A stretch of DNA of 64,000 nucleotides, from IMG/VR virus record IMGVR_UViG_3300025759_000058; one strand, given 5' to 3'. Below the pieces are notes generated by a model. The model was not told the origin of the DNA. It worked only from the letters and a program-made list of their open reading frames with translations, and made no database searches. Both the position numbers and the translations under genes were made by a program. The stretch comes from a virus. Of this stretch, positions 1 through 8,619 are shown one piece after another (position 1 is the stretch's first letter; the number at the start of each line of letters is the position of its first letter).

Positions 1-513
1 AATATACAAACGAACAATCCAGAGTGGGAAGCTCAGAACATCCGGTCAACTCGTAACTTTATTCGTAAATGGGGACATTTCGTTAAACATGATAGGTATA
101 TGAAACCTATCATTCCGCCGAAGTATAATATTGAGTTTAGAGTGTTTAACTGCACATTAAATGCATTAGCTCAATTAGAACCATGGTGTTCGATAATATA
201 CACCGATTTGCCAGAATCTGATCGGCAGAGATATATCAAGCAGGAACAGGTTAATACTAGATTTAAGCTTTCTAATCGTGTATATGGATTAATGGGAGAG
301 CTAGCATCAGAAGCTGATATCTTGGTAAGAATAGATTGTAATAATTTTGATTGGCAACGAGATTTTTATTATATTCAGCATATGTCAGAAATTATTAATG
401 ATAGTGGCGAGCAAGGTACATTCGATTTAGGAAATCTAAGAATCACTATCGAAGATATGTCGACATATGAAAGCGATTTAATCGTCTGTGAAAGTAATAT
501 TTATTCAAAATGA
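1..513 (+). CDS. C-terminal part of a probable glycosyltransferase (GT2-like), truncated by the window start
   Basis: Frame 1 is open from base 1 (NIQTNNPEWEAQNIRSTRNFIRKWG...) into ORF 100..513. The 'RNFIRKWG' segment resembles the end of GT2 domains. Confidence 0.45.
   Translation, partial: NIQTNNPEWEAQNIRSTRNFIRKWGHFVKHDRYMKPIIPPKYNIEFRVFNCTLNALAQLEPWCSIIYTDLPESDRQRYIKQEQVNTRFKLSNRVYGLMGELASEADILVRIDCNNFDWQRDFYYIQHMSEIINDSGEQGTFDLGNLRITIEDMSTYESDLIVCESNIYSK
497..504 (+). promoter_or_regulatory. Putative late promoter ATATTTAT
   Basis: The motif recurs shortly upstream of ~18 genes, including structural genes. Confidence 0.55.
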
Positions 514-761
514 TGTACTATATTTTGTACCCCGGCGATACGGAGTCAGATGCTATTAGAGAAATTAATCAATTAGGCGAGGATAATGGATTTGGTGTAT
601 TTTGGGCCGGCCAAGGATTAAATGTACTGCAAAGAGCAGTAGAACAAAATCATGATATTGTAGAACATTTTTCAATCTTCGATGAACGTCGTAACTCATA
701 TACAATCGAAGAATTTTTAACTAAAATAGCAAAACTTAAAGTTAGGATTAATAATGGGTAA
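510..761 (+). CDS. Hypothetical protein
   Basis: 83 aa ORF following an ATATTTAT motif. Confidence 0.7.
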   Translation: MMYYILYPGDTESDAIREINQLGEDNGFGVFWAGQGLNVLQRAVEQNHDIVEHFSIFDERRNSYTIEEFLTKIAKLKVRINNG

Positions 762-894
762 GTTTCAATGGCGAGAAGTCGATGAATATGAAAGAGCAGG
801 TAGCCAGAAAATTAAACGTCGTACTAAGTTTATTGATGAGGATGGTACGGATTTGTCTCCAAAAAAGCCGCAGCGTAGAGCCAAGCGTAAATAA
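754..894 (+). CDS. Small basic protein (46 aa), not in the ORF track
   Basis: MGKFQWREVDEYERAGSQKIKRRTKFIDEDGTDLSPKKPQRRAKRK fills the gap and overlaps the upstream stop. Confidence 0.55.
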   Translation: MGKFQWREVDEYERAGSQKIKRRTKFIDEDGTDLSPKKPQRRAKRK

Positions 895-922
895 TCAGAT
901 ATTTATTGAAAAAGGAATTAAT

Positions 923-1528
923 ATGTGTTATACTAGAGAACAAATAGAAGCTGCTATGCAGTCTAAAGGATACCGTTGGTTTACTAATGGCGATTATAAC
1001 GTTAATATCGTAGGTGTACGTAACATGGACACTGCCGGCGAAGTAACTAACAAATTTGACGACTGCGTTACTATTTCATACAAAGAAAATGATGAATGGC
1101 AATTTAGATGTTATGAAGCAACTACAGATCCAGGTAAGTATTGGATGGAAAATCTAATCAACCCAGATGGTGCTGCTATTCTTAAACCAGGCCAATATCG
1201 TAAGTCTCATAAGATAAGATTACATCGCGGTCAATATGAAGCGTTAGGTCAATGCGGTCCATTAAAAGTATATAGGGATGATGACCAGGACTTAACATAT
1301 GATATTAGCGAAGAAAATGTTCAGGAAGGATTGTTTGGCATTAATATCCATAGAGCAACTAAATGGGAAGGCAAAACATCTACACAAGTTGATAAGTGGT
1401 CAGCTGGGTGTCAGGTAATTGCTTCCAATGACGATTGGCATGAATTCATGGACGTGATGTATAAAGCAAGAGATGCATGGGGTAATTCGTTTACTTATAC
1501 TCTGCTTGAATCTACAGATATAGCTTAA
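923..1528 (+). CDS. Probable endolysin, YkuD/L,D-transpeptidase-like His-Cys peptidoglycan hydrolase
   Basis: GINIHRA...WSAGCQV His/Cys motif. The likely start is ATG 923, after ATATTTAT (899-906) and AAAGGA. Confidence 0.6.
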   Translation: MCYTREQIEAAMQSKGYRWFTNGDYNVNIVGVRNMDTAGEVTNKFDDCVTISYKENDEWQFRCYEATTDPGKYWMENLINPDGAAILKPGQYRKSHKIRLHRGQYEALGQCGPLKVYRDDDQDLTYDISEENVQEGLFGINIHRATKWEGKTSTQVDKWSAGCQVIASNDDWHEFMDVMYKARDAWGNSFTYTLLESTDIA

Positions 1529-1872
1529 TGAGAAATTTGTTATATGGTTTTGTCTTGTTTCTTGCCGGGCAAACATTAATTTGGTTTCAAACTAATTTGC
1601 AGTTTATTAATACATGGGCAAAGGAACATCCGTTTCTAATGTCGATTATTTTTAGTACTCCTATATCATATATGTTTATTAAAGCCACAGGCTTTTTAGC
1701 TGATTATTATGACGGCGCAATTTGGCCCGGCCGGATGATAGGCTTCGGGTCTGGGATGATAGTATTCGCCTTCTTAGCCTATTTAATACTAGGCGAAGGC
1801 ATAAGTGCAAAGACTGCAGTAAGCTTGGTATTAGCTACTACACTTGTACTTATTCAAGTACTATGGAAATAA
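1528..1872 (+). CDS. Small multi-pass membrane protein (DMT/EamA-like; possible holin)
   Basis: About four hydrophobic segments; coupled (TAATG) to the putative endolysin. Confidence 0.45.
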   Translation: MRNLLYGFVLFLAGQTLIWFQTNLQFINTWAKEHPFLMSIIFSTPISYMFIKATGFLADYYDGAIWPGRMIGFGSGMIVFAFLAYLILGEGISAKTAVSLVLATTLVLIQVLWK

Positions 1873-1881
1873 GGTTGTATG

Positions 1882-1889
1882 ATATTTAT
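1882..1889 (+). promoter_or_regulatory. Putative late promoter ATATTTAT
   Basis: About 20 nt before ATG 1910. Confidence 0.55.
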
Positions 1890-1909
1890 TAAAAAGAACT
1901 GGAGTACTC

Positions 1910-2788
1910 ATGAATTTAAAATCTCTACTCAATGAGATAATGTCTGAAGATGCCGTTGATGATTTAGCGAATGCATTCGAGACTGAAAAGATACCGGCAT
2001 TTACAGTAGCATTAGCTAATGCTATTAAAGATCCAAAGGTTAAAGCAATATTAGATGCAGGACTTGCTGACGGCTCGTTAAAGGATGATCAATTTATGTT
2101 TTCAGAGAAGCGTATACAATGTAAAAAATTACAGCCGACGCAGAACGAAATAGGATTCGATCAAAGTATTCAGAATTTATTAACAGATAAACACGGATCA
2201 TTAGAATCTATATTACGTGGCCAAGCTGATATGGGTCCTAATCCTATTGTAACTTATGACGGTAAGTTTATCATTGATGGACATCACAGATGGTCTCAAG
2301 CATTTACAGCTAATCCTAATAGTACAATTAGAGCAGTAGATATAAAAGCTAAGTCAGGTTACAGCCATTTAGATATTCTTAAAGTGGTACACGCCGCGGT
2401 CGCTAAACAATTAGGCAAAGTACCGTCTAATACAGCTCTAGGAAGTAATATACTCAAAGGCACTACGGAAGCAATTGTACAACGTGAAGTAGATGCTAAT
2501 CTAACGGATGAAGCTAGAAATATCTGGATGGAATTTGGCCAGAATATAGATTCGGATGCGGATATTGCACGCCAGATTACAGCTAATATAAATTTAATGG
2601 CTAAGAAAGGAAGTGCATTAGGCGCTCCTGGCAGAGAACATATGCCCCAAACGGATGCTGGTAATTTAAAGACAGCGGATACATTAAAACAACTTAAAGG
2701 TATAGTTAATGTTACCGAACCGTTTCAGGAATCGGTACGTGAAAAGTTTACTAGAATAGCGAGATTAAGAAAATATGGAAACGCCTGA
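1910..2788 (+). CDS. ParB/sulfiredoxin-fold protein with N-terminal tag
   Basis: LQPTQNEI...PIV...IIDGHHRW motif; N-terminus MNLKSLLNE. Confidence 0.7.
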   Translation: MNLKSLLNEIMSEDAVDDLANAFETEKIPAFTVALANAIKDPKVKAILDAGLADGSLKDDQFMFSEKRIQCKKLQPTQNEIGFDQSIQNLLTDKHGSLESILRGQADMGPNPIVTYDGKFIIDGHHRWSQAFTANPNSTIRAVDIKAKSGYSHLDILKVVHAAVAKQLGKVPSNTALGSNILKGTTEAIVQREVDANLTDEARNIWMEFGQNIDSDADIARQITANINLMAKKGSALGAPGREHMPQTDAGNLKTADTLKQLKGIVNVTEPFQESVREKFTRIARLRKYGNA

Positions 2789-3575
2789 ATACTTTGATAA
2801 CGTAACGATTGGCCAGTTTGCATTAACTGGTGTGCCGACTAAAGTATACGTTAATAACAGATATTTAAACATTACAGATCCGGATGATGTAGAGGATGCA
2901 TCTGTTGGATTTGGAATGGATGAGGATTCGGAAATGCATCCTTTCGATTATCGTTTAGTGCGACATTTACTTGTTGGCGGCGAAGTTGTCGATTTAGAGA
3001 CATTTAAAAAGGCATCTGAAGATGAATCAGGTGCTAAGGATGATTCTAAAGGCGAAGATAAGAAAGACAAGGAAGAGGATAAAGGCGAGGATAAGGAGTC
3101 AGATAAAGATAAAGGCGATGAAAAGGATAAAGAAGAGAAGAATCCTTTCGAAAGTATTTTAAAACTAAAGAGTATAGTCTCAGAATTAACAAAAGATGAG
3201 TTTGATGCTCAACAAGATTCATTGGAAGCAGACATGGATGCAGGAAAAGCAAAAATAGATGCAGCTAAAAAGAAATTAGCTGACTTGAAAAAACAACCGA
3301 TAGAAGAAGCGGCTAAGCCGAAATTTACGCAAGGCGATATTATTCAGAACACGGATAAAGAATGCGGTAGCTATGGTGCAATAGGTGTTGTTCAGAAAGT
3401 ATACAAAGATGACGATATTGAGAATGTCGTGTATAGAATAACAAATAATGGTCCTATGTTTAAGACTGGCGATTTGAGTACTAATAGAGCTGATCAATTA
3501 AAGGCGTATAGTAAAGACGATTTAATGCCAGATCCAGAGCTGCCCGAAGGAGAGCAGGTAAAGGAGAAAAAGTAA
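2775..3575 (+). CDS. Acidic low-complexity protein, possible prohead core/internal protein
   Basis: D/E/K-rich tract, an internal LKLKSIVSE tag-like motif and a coiled coil. Confidence 0.45.
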   Translation: METPEYFDNVTIGQFALTGVPTKVYVNNRYLNITDPDDVEDASVGFGMDEDSEMHPFDYRLVRHLLVGGEVVDLETFKKASEDESGAKDDSKGEDKKDKEEDKGEDKESDKDKGDEKDKEEKNPFESILKLKSIVSELTKDEFDAQQDSLEADMDAGKAKIDAAKKKLADLKKQPIEEAAKPKFTQGDIIQNTDKECGSYGAIGVVQKVYKDDDIENVVYRITNNGPMFKTGDLSTNRADQLKAYSKDDLMPDPELPEGEQVKEKK

Positions 3576-4009
3576 TGGCGTCTGGTAAAAAAAAAGGCAT
3601 CGACGGAAAAGCATGTTGGGACGGATATCGCTATGCCGGAACCGAGGATGGAAAAGATAAATGCGTTAAGGTCAGTGAGTCATTAAAATTAGAAATCTGG
3701 GAGCATTCGCAGCCAGTGTTATGGCAAGAAGCAGAATACCAAGGACGTACGGTTAAATTAGGTAAAGTACAGAGAGGCGGCAAGAAGAAGTTTCAAGTGT
3801 ATGTACAAGATCCTAAAACTAAAAATGTTAAGAAAGTGTCATTTGGCGATACGACAGGACTTAGTATCAAAACTAAAGATCCAGATAGACGTAGATCGTT
3901 TAGAGCTAGACATAATTGCGATAATCCAGGTCCCAGGACAAAAGCAAGATATTGGTCATGCCGTATGTGGTCTGGCCCGGACGCTGTTAAGAATATGCTA
4001 AAGAAATGA
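3575..4009 (+). CDS. Conserved T4-like phage basic protein
   Basis: EAEYQGRTVKL...VSFGD...RRRSFRARHNC...KARYWSCRMW, a pattern I recognise from large myoviruses. Confidence 0.6.
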   Translation: MASGKKKGIDGKACWDGYRYAGTEDGKDKCVKVSESLKLEIWEHSQPVLWQEAEYQGRTVKLGKVQRGGKKKFQVYVQDPKTKNVKKVSFGDTTGLSIKTKDPDRRRSFRARHNCDNPGPRTKARYWSCRMWSGPDAVKNMLKK

Positions 4010-4851
4010 TTAAATTAAAAGATTTATTAGTTGAGTATCGCTCCGTTAAAGGTTTAGATACATTCGATTCCTCTAAAGAGAACGTTGTATTTTGGTCTGA
4101 TGGTATTATTATGATCAACCCTGAAAAGCCAATGGATGCAGCATCGGCAATGAGGACACTCACTAGTAAGTTTACAGGTCCTATTAGTATACAAGTAGAT
4201 CCAGTAAAAAAGTTTGTTACGATTTTTGATTATGATGATTGGAGTTCATTTAAGACAGTACCTTCATTTCAACAAGCCATAAAAGATTTAGTTCGTTTAA
4301 AATTGGTCAAGCCGAATTACGGTTTAAGAATTGGGTTATCAAATACAACAAAAAACCTGGGCAAATCTACAGTAAATGCGCTTCTGAAATATGATGCAAG
4401 TTATTCAAATACTATTCCTAGAGCATTTCATGGTACTACTGTAAAAGATTTAGGAACAATCAAACGATTAGGACTTGTTCCACCTAGCAAGAATAAATAC
4501 TCGGTATTGAAATGGGATGCGTTTTACACTGACGATTCGCCAGATAATATTTATCTATCTACGGATTTCGAACGTGCTGATACATATGCGAGACATGCGG
4601 TAGAAAAATACAAGGAAATAGGTATTAAAACTAAGCCTGTAATTTTGCAAGTAGATAATTTACCTATTGACAATGTAGTAGCGGATGACGATTTTAGATC
4701 AAACATGAGTATGGTCCATCTGATGAGTGTATTTCAGACGGGCAAAAAAGTAGATCCAGATTCATATATGTCGTCGATACGTAGTACTGCGCAATTCGGG
4801 TACAGAGGTCGTATACCAGCTTCGAAGATAACAAAGATTCATAAAATATGA
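4006..4851 (+). CDS. ADP-ribosyltransferase-fold protein (HGT / Tpt1-KptA-like class) with N-terminal tag
   Basis: AFHGTT...IKRLGLVP...IYLSTD...A..YA...GRIP; N-terminus MIKLKDLLVE. Confidence 0.7.
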   Translation: MIKLKDLLVEYRSVKGLDTFDSSKENVVFWSDGIIMINPEKPMDAASAMRTLTSKFTGPISIQVDPVKKFVTIFDYDDWSSFKTVPSFQQAIKDLVRLKLVKPNYGLRIGLSNTTKNLGKSTVNALLKYDASYSNTIPRAFHGTTVKDLGTIKRLGLVPPSKNKYSVLKWDAFYTDDSPDNIYLSTDFERADTYARHAVEKYKEIGIKTKPVILQVDNLPIDNVVADDDFRSNMSMVHLMSVFQTGKKVDPDSYMSSIRSTAQFGYRGRIPASKITKIHKI

Positions 4852-5009
4852 TTAAACTTAAAGAAATGTTATCAGGATATGAACCAGTTGATGATTCTAA
4901 ATCTAACTTCGACCGGCCAGCTCATTATGAAGAGTATTATAAAAACTTAACGCCGAGCGAGTTTTCTGTAATGCGGAAGGGCAACTATATCGTAATAAAG
5001 ATTACATAA
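4848..5009 (+). CDS. Small protein (53 aa) with a tag-like N-terminus, not in the ORF track
   Basis: MIKLKEMLSGYEPVDD...; ATGA overlap with the upstream gene. Confidence 0.6.
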   Translation: MIKLKEMLSGYEPVDDSKSNFDRPAHYEEYYKNLTPSEFSVMRKGNYIVIKIT

Positions 5010-5048
5010 TCTTTTGATTTATGTAATATAGTTTTTATATTTAAGGAG

Positions 5049-5252
5049 ATGGTGATGGAAGAAAATTATCTCGAGTTAGCACTAGATGAAGTATACCAAC
5101 TAGTTGCATCAGGCGTTCGATGGCCGGAAAGCTTACAATCATCTTCTCATCGTAAAGCGTTCTTACGTGATATGATTGAATATTACGAAGAACATGAAGA
5201 ATATGAAAGATGTGCAACGTTACAGGAAATGATCAATGAATTGGAAGATTGA
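5049..5252 (+). CDS. UVR (UvrB/C motif)-like small protein
   Basis: EEHEEYERCATLQ matches the E.YE.AA.L pattern; a -33/-7 promoter lies at 5012-5043. Confidence 0.5.
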   Translation: MVMEENYLELALDEVYQLVASGVRWPESLQSSSHRKAFLRDMIEYYEEHEEYERCATLQEMINELED

Positions 5253-5442
5253 ATCTCGTCCTATAGATGTTTATGAATTAGGACCAAATGATACACAACA
5301 AAAATATATTGTTTATGTATTAGATGATTTCGGCCGTCCTATTGAAGCCGAAGAGGCGTATGGAATAGAAGACCGTACACGTAAAACAAGATTATTTACA
5401 GCAAAGTATGGTAAATACATAGTAAAAATTGAACATCAGTAA
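5236..5442 (+). CDS. Hypothetical protein
   Basis: 68 aa ORF within an operon. Confidence 0.6.
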   Translation: MNWKIESRPIDVYELGPNDTQQKYIVYVLDDFGRPIEAEEAYGIEDRTRKTRLFTAKYGKYIVKIEHQ

Positions 5443-5463
5443 TGTGGTATACAACTTGTACAT

Positions 5464-5730
5464 ATGACGTTGAAGTCCAATACACGCTCAAAGAGAAGAA
5501 AAAAGTTTAAGATTCATCTATTAGATGATGAGTTCAATTCATTTGAGCATGTCATTGTAGTATTGACATCATTGTTACCGGCATGCAATACAATTCGTGC
5601 AGAATCAATAGCCATGATTACACATAACGCCGGCCGATGTCATATCTATTCGGGGTTTGCGCCTGAAGCATTTGTGATGTACGCAAATTTAAAAAAAGCT
5701 GGCTTAACAGTTTCTTTAGATCGATCATGA
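5464..5730 (+). CDS. clpS: ATP-dependent Clp protease adaptor ClpS-like protein
   Basis: IHLLDDEFNSFEHVIVVL...AESIAMITHNAGRC matches the ClpS N-degron pocket and the H..G motif. Confidence 0.75.
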   Translation: MTLKSNTRSKRRKKFKIHLLDDEFNSFEHVIVVLTSLLPACNTIRAESIAMITHNAGRCHIYSGFAPEAFVMYANLKKAGLTVSLDRS

Positions 5731-6203
5731 AAAAGTATTTAGTTATATCATTTCTATTTATACCGATGACGATGTCATTAACGCCAATGCCCAGCCTTAA
5801 TTTACAGTTACCGCATGTACGAAAGATTACGCCTATTCAAGTAGACTCAATACAGCAAAGAGATGATCTTATCGCAGCCTTGATTCAGGTTGAATCGTCT
5901 GGTAATGATAAGGCATATAATGAATCTGAAGATGCGGTTGGATGTCTACAAATTCGACGTGTAATGGTAAGAGAAGTAAATCGTATCCTACGGCGTACGA
6001 ATAGTAAAGATAGATATGATATGGCCGATCGATGGAATTGTGATAAATCAAAAGAGATGTTCAATATATGGCGTGAATATCACCATGCCGATAGTGAATA
6101 CGAAACTATTGCCCGTAATTGGAATGGAGGCCCGAAAGGCTATAGTATGAGAGCTACGGAACGTTATTGGAAAAAAGTACAAAATCATTTGGATAGTAAA
6201 TAA
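5727..6203 (+). CDS. Lytic transglycosylase / lysozyme-like protein with an N-terminal hydrophobic signal
   Basis: ALIQVESSGN...AVGCLQI...WNGGP (SLT-like catalytic Glu motif). Confidence 0.75.
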   Translation: MKKYLVISFLFIPMTMSLTPMPSLNLQLPHVRKITPIQVDSIQQRDDLIAALIQVESSGNDKAYNESEDAVGCLQIRRVMVREVNRILRRTNSKDRYDMADRWNCDKSKEMFNIWREYHHADSEYETIARNWNGGPKGYSMRATERYWKKVQNHLDSK

Positions 6204-6223
6204 TACTTTTATATATTTAAGAC

Positions 6224-6571
6224 ATGATAACAAATGTAATAGTTAAATTGCAGGTAGATGGATTACACTCCTGGCCGGATGCAAAAAAGGTATTTCCCGA
6301 AGTAGGATTCCTTTCAGATAATCATCGACACATGTTTCATGTTACAGCTAAGAAGCGTGTAAATCATGATGATCGAGATGTTGAATTTATCATGTTTAAA
6401 CGAGATATTGAAGAGTATCTACATGATAAGTATTGGAGGCAAGATTACCGATCACATTTCTTTGGAGCAAAATCATGCGAAATGATTGCTAGAGAAATTT
6501 TAGAATATTTTGGTTGCGAATATGTATCGGTATTCGAAGATAATGAAAATGGTGCAGAAATCTATATTTAA
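6224..6571 (+). CDS. QueD / 6-pyruvoyl-tetrahydropterin-synthase-like T-fold protein
   Basis: H..W...HRHMFHV, SCEMIA and VSVFEDNENGA motifs. Confidence 0.65.
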   Translation: MITNVIVKLQVDGLHSWPDAKKVFPEVGFLSDNHRHMFHVTAKKRVNHDDRDVEFIMFKRDIEEYLHDKYWRQDYRSHFFGAKSCEMIAREILEYFGCEYVSVFEDNENGAEIYI

Positions 6572-6579
6572 AAATACAA

Positions 6580-6876
6580 ATGGATAAAAACAAAACAATT
6601 CCTACTAATCGAGTTATCACAGAATGGTATGAGGCTATGGACGCCATGTCCGTAAATGTGTCACCCACAGCATCGACATTATTGCAAGCAGTTTTAGATC
6701 AATATGATATCCAGCAACGTAATCGCGATGTATGGCAAGAATTCTTACGGACAGATGTTGACGAACTTCCGATGTTTTATTCATCATTGACTGAAGAGGA
6801 GCGCAGTATCATCGATGCCCGCCGAGCCTCATCATGGAGAGATGCTCGTAGCAGCAAAGAACTTCTTAAAGGATAA
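6580..6876 (+). CDS. Hypothetical protein
   Basis: 98 aa ORF. Confidence 0.6.
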   Translation: MDKNKTIPTNRVITEWYEAMDAMSVNVSPTASTLLQAVLDQYDIQQRNRDVWQEFLRTDVDELPMFYSSLTEEERSIIDARRASSWRDARSSKELLKG

Positions 6877-6878
6877 CA

Positions 6879-7400
6879 ATGACGTATAAGCCGGGCGACG
6901 GACGACCTGCAATGAATATATCGGAATCAGAGATCCGGTATGCCATGGAGAATACTAGGTCATGTGCTGAAGCTGCTCGGTTTTTAAAAGTTTCGTACGA
7001 AACGTTTCGTAAGTATGCGAAGTTATATAAAGATTCAAAATCTGGAAAAACGTTATTTGAACTGCATAAGAATGCAAACGGCAAAGGTATACCGAAACCA
7101 CAAAGAGAACGATTGCGCGGCCATTATGGCATTGAAGATATTCTAGAAGGCAAGTATCCTAAGTATAATCGACATCGACTTAAATCGCGCTTGTTGCGTA
7201 GCGGTTTGATTGAAGAGAAATGCGAATGTTGTGGTTTTAATGAAAGGCGCGTAACGGACTATACAGTTCCTTTGTTACTAGATTGGATTGATGGAGATTT
7301 TACAAATCATAAGCGAGAAAATTTACGTTTTCTATGTTATAACTGCTATTATCTCATTGTTGGTAACCCGTTGGGCGGGAGAATGAAAAATTCTTACTAA
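6879..7400 (+). CDS. HTH plus degenerate HNH-endonuclease-like protein
   Basis: CAEAARFLKVS HTH; CECC...LDWIDGD.TN...ENLRFLCYNCY, with the catalytic His positions replaced. Confidence 0.65.
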   Translation: MTYKPGDGRPAMNISESEIRYAMENTRSCAEAARFLKVSYETFRKYAKLYKDSKSGKTLFELHKNANGKGIPKPQRERLRGHYGIEDILEGKYPKYNRHRLKSRLLRSGLIEEKCECCGFNERRVTDYTVPLLLDWIDGDFTNHKRENLRFLCYNCYYLIVGNPLGGRMKNSY

Positions 7401-7416
7401 AAAAGTTTGAAAAAGC

Positions 7417-7448
7417 TTAGGATTCGAAAATCATTATACTTATCTTTA
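7417..7448 (+). promoter_or_regulatory. Early promoter, Bacteroidota -33/-7 type
   Basis: TTAGGATTC...TATCTTTA, in a 24-nt register shared by ~18 copies. Confidence 0.75.
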
Positions 7449-7451
7449 AGT

Positions 7452-7736
7452 ATGAAAAAAGTTAAAAAGATGCAACGTTTGAAATTTCAATTGACAATCG
7501 AGTCACCGGCGTTCCTTGTTGGAATTGCAGGTTTGGTTTTGGCAATCATGACCGGTACTGGTAAGATGGCAGAGTATATTTCTTTTCAAAGTGTAGATAA
7601 CGAAATGGCATTTGCTTTTGTGACTATGTTGATGATGTTTACAGGGTTCTACGCCGGCGTAAGAGTTCGTCGTATTAAAAGGTTTGAGCGTTACGGAAGT
7701 GACGTAGATGTTGTTCGAGATGGCAAAAAAGGATAA
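7452..7736 (+). CDS. Two-TM membrane protein (early)
   Basis: Two hydrophobic helices; start revised to the ATG after the promoter. Confidence 0.6.
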   Translation: MKKVKKMQRLKFQLTIESPAFLVGIAGLVLAIMTGTGKMAEYISFQSVDNEMAFAFVTMLMMFTGFYAGVRVRRIKRFERYGSDVDVVRDGKKG

Positions 7737-7866
7737 ACGTAAAATTGACGGCTATTCCACCGGCGAGTTATCGCAATTGGCCCGTAGAAGAATGATTCAA
7801 AAAGATCACGGTGATAAAACTAAATATGACCGTAAAAATAAAGATTGGAAAAATGAAGAACTTTAA
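7720..7866 (+). CDS. Small basic protein (48 aa), not in the ORF track
   Basis: MAKKDKRKIDGYSTGELSQLARRRMIQKDHGDKTKYDRKNKDWKNEEL. Confidence 0.55.
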   Translation: MAKKDKRKIDGYSTGELSQLARRRMIQKDHGDKTKYDRKNKDWKNEEL

Positions 7867-8086
7867 GATTGAAATTGAAGAACATGAAGATATCTCAGGA
7901 ATTCATTATAGAATTCGTGAGAAGCATTATGCATTTGGATTCTTGAGAGTAGTGAATGAGTTGTACAGCAAACATTATACTTCATATGAAGATGCCGCAG
8001 AGGTTGCGGATCGGTATCGTCAACATTGTTTGCGTGCAAATAGCAAAAGAACATTCGTAAAAAAAGTTACGGAAATTGTTGGCTAA
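7853..8086 (+). CDS. Hypothetical protein
   Basis: In-frame ATG 7853 of ORF 7811..8086. Confidence 0.6.
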   Translation: MKNFKIEIEEHEDISGIHYRIREKHYAFGFLRVVNELYSKHYTSYEDAAEVADRYRQHCLRANSKRTFVKKVTEIVG

Positions 8087-8088
8087 GG

Positions 8089-8120
8089 TTAGGATCTAAA
8101 TATAGAAGTTCTTATATTTA
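8089..8120 (+). promoter_or_regulatory. Early promoter driving the tRNA cluster
   Basis: TTAGGATC...TATATTTA, 24-nt register. Confidence 0.7.
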
Positions 8121-8139
8121 AGAGATGAGTTTAAAACAT

Positions 8140-8225
8140 GGCCGGATGATGGAATTGGTAGACATGACAGACTTAAAATCTGTTGAGCCGAAGGGCTCGT
8201 GCGGGTTCGACTCCCGCTCCGGCTA
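8140..8225 (+). tRNA. tRNA-Leu(UAA)
   Basis: Acceptor stem GGCCGGA/TCCGGCT, anticodon arm ACAGA-CTTAAAA-TCTGT, long variable arm, GTTCGAC T-loop. Confidence 0.95.
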
Positions 8226-8242
8226 CCTTATTTTTAATAACA

Positions 8243-8464
8243 ATGGAATTTGAAGTAATTGACTCTAAAGAAGTTTGGTGGGCGGTTACAAATCAATATG
8301 AAGTCGCCTTTAAGGATGGTAACACTTTTAGTTTTCGAGCTGCTGAAGATCCTAACGGTACTGATTTCTATGTGTTATCCGATGATGGCTGGTCGCCTTT
8401 AGAAGATGGTAATGAATATCATGATTCATTTTATGAGGCATGGAGTGAAGGTACATTAGATTAA
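8243..8464 (+). CDS. Hypothetical acidic protein inside the tRNA cluster
   Basis: ATG 8243 (MEFEVIDSK...); the upstream ORF extension overlaps tRNA-Leu. Confidence 0.65.
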   Translation: MEFEVIDSKEVWWAVTNQYEVAFKDGNTFSFRAAEDPNGTDFYVLSDDGWSPLEDGNEYHDSFYEAWSEGTLD

Positions 8465-8470
8465 CAATAT

Positions 8471-8544
8471 GCGCCCGTAGCTCAGCTGGATAGAGCAACA
8501 GCCTTCTAAGCTGTGGGTCATAGGTTCGAATCCTATCGGGCGTA
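8471..8544 (+). tRNA. tRNA-Arg(UCU)
   Basis: GCGCCCG/CGGGCGT acceptor; ACAGC-CTTCTAA-GCTGT. Confidence 0.95.
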
Positions 8545-8548
8545 CGAG

Positions 8549-8561
8549 AGTTCTTTGACAT
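8549..8561 (+). promoter_or_regulatory. boxA-like antitermination element
   Basis: AGTTCTTTGACAT resembles rRNA-operon boxA (E. coli TGCTCTTTAACA) and lies between tRNAs. Confidence 0.45.
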
Positions 8562-8619
8562 CTTGGTTTTAATTCGCTGATGCCGTCACTGCGAAAAATA
8601 AATTATGACGAGCCAATAT

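Noticed and set aside
782-922. N-terminal extension of ORF 782..1528
   Set aside because: It overlaps a better small ORF (754..894) and the ATATTTAT motif; ATG 923 has a better context.
3030-3140. AAAGGCGA..ATAA nucleotide repeats as a regulatory array
   Set aside because: They are explained by a low-complexity D/E/K coding tract.
8575-8600. Hammerhead ribozyme (CTGATG...CGAAA); also considered near 42800
   Set aside because: The CUGANGA core is incomplete and stems I and III cannot be built.
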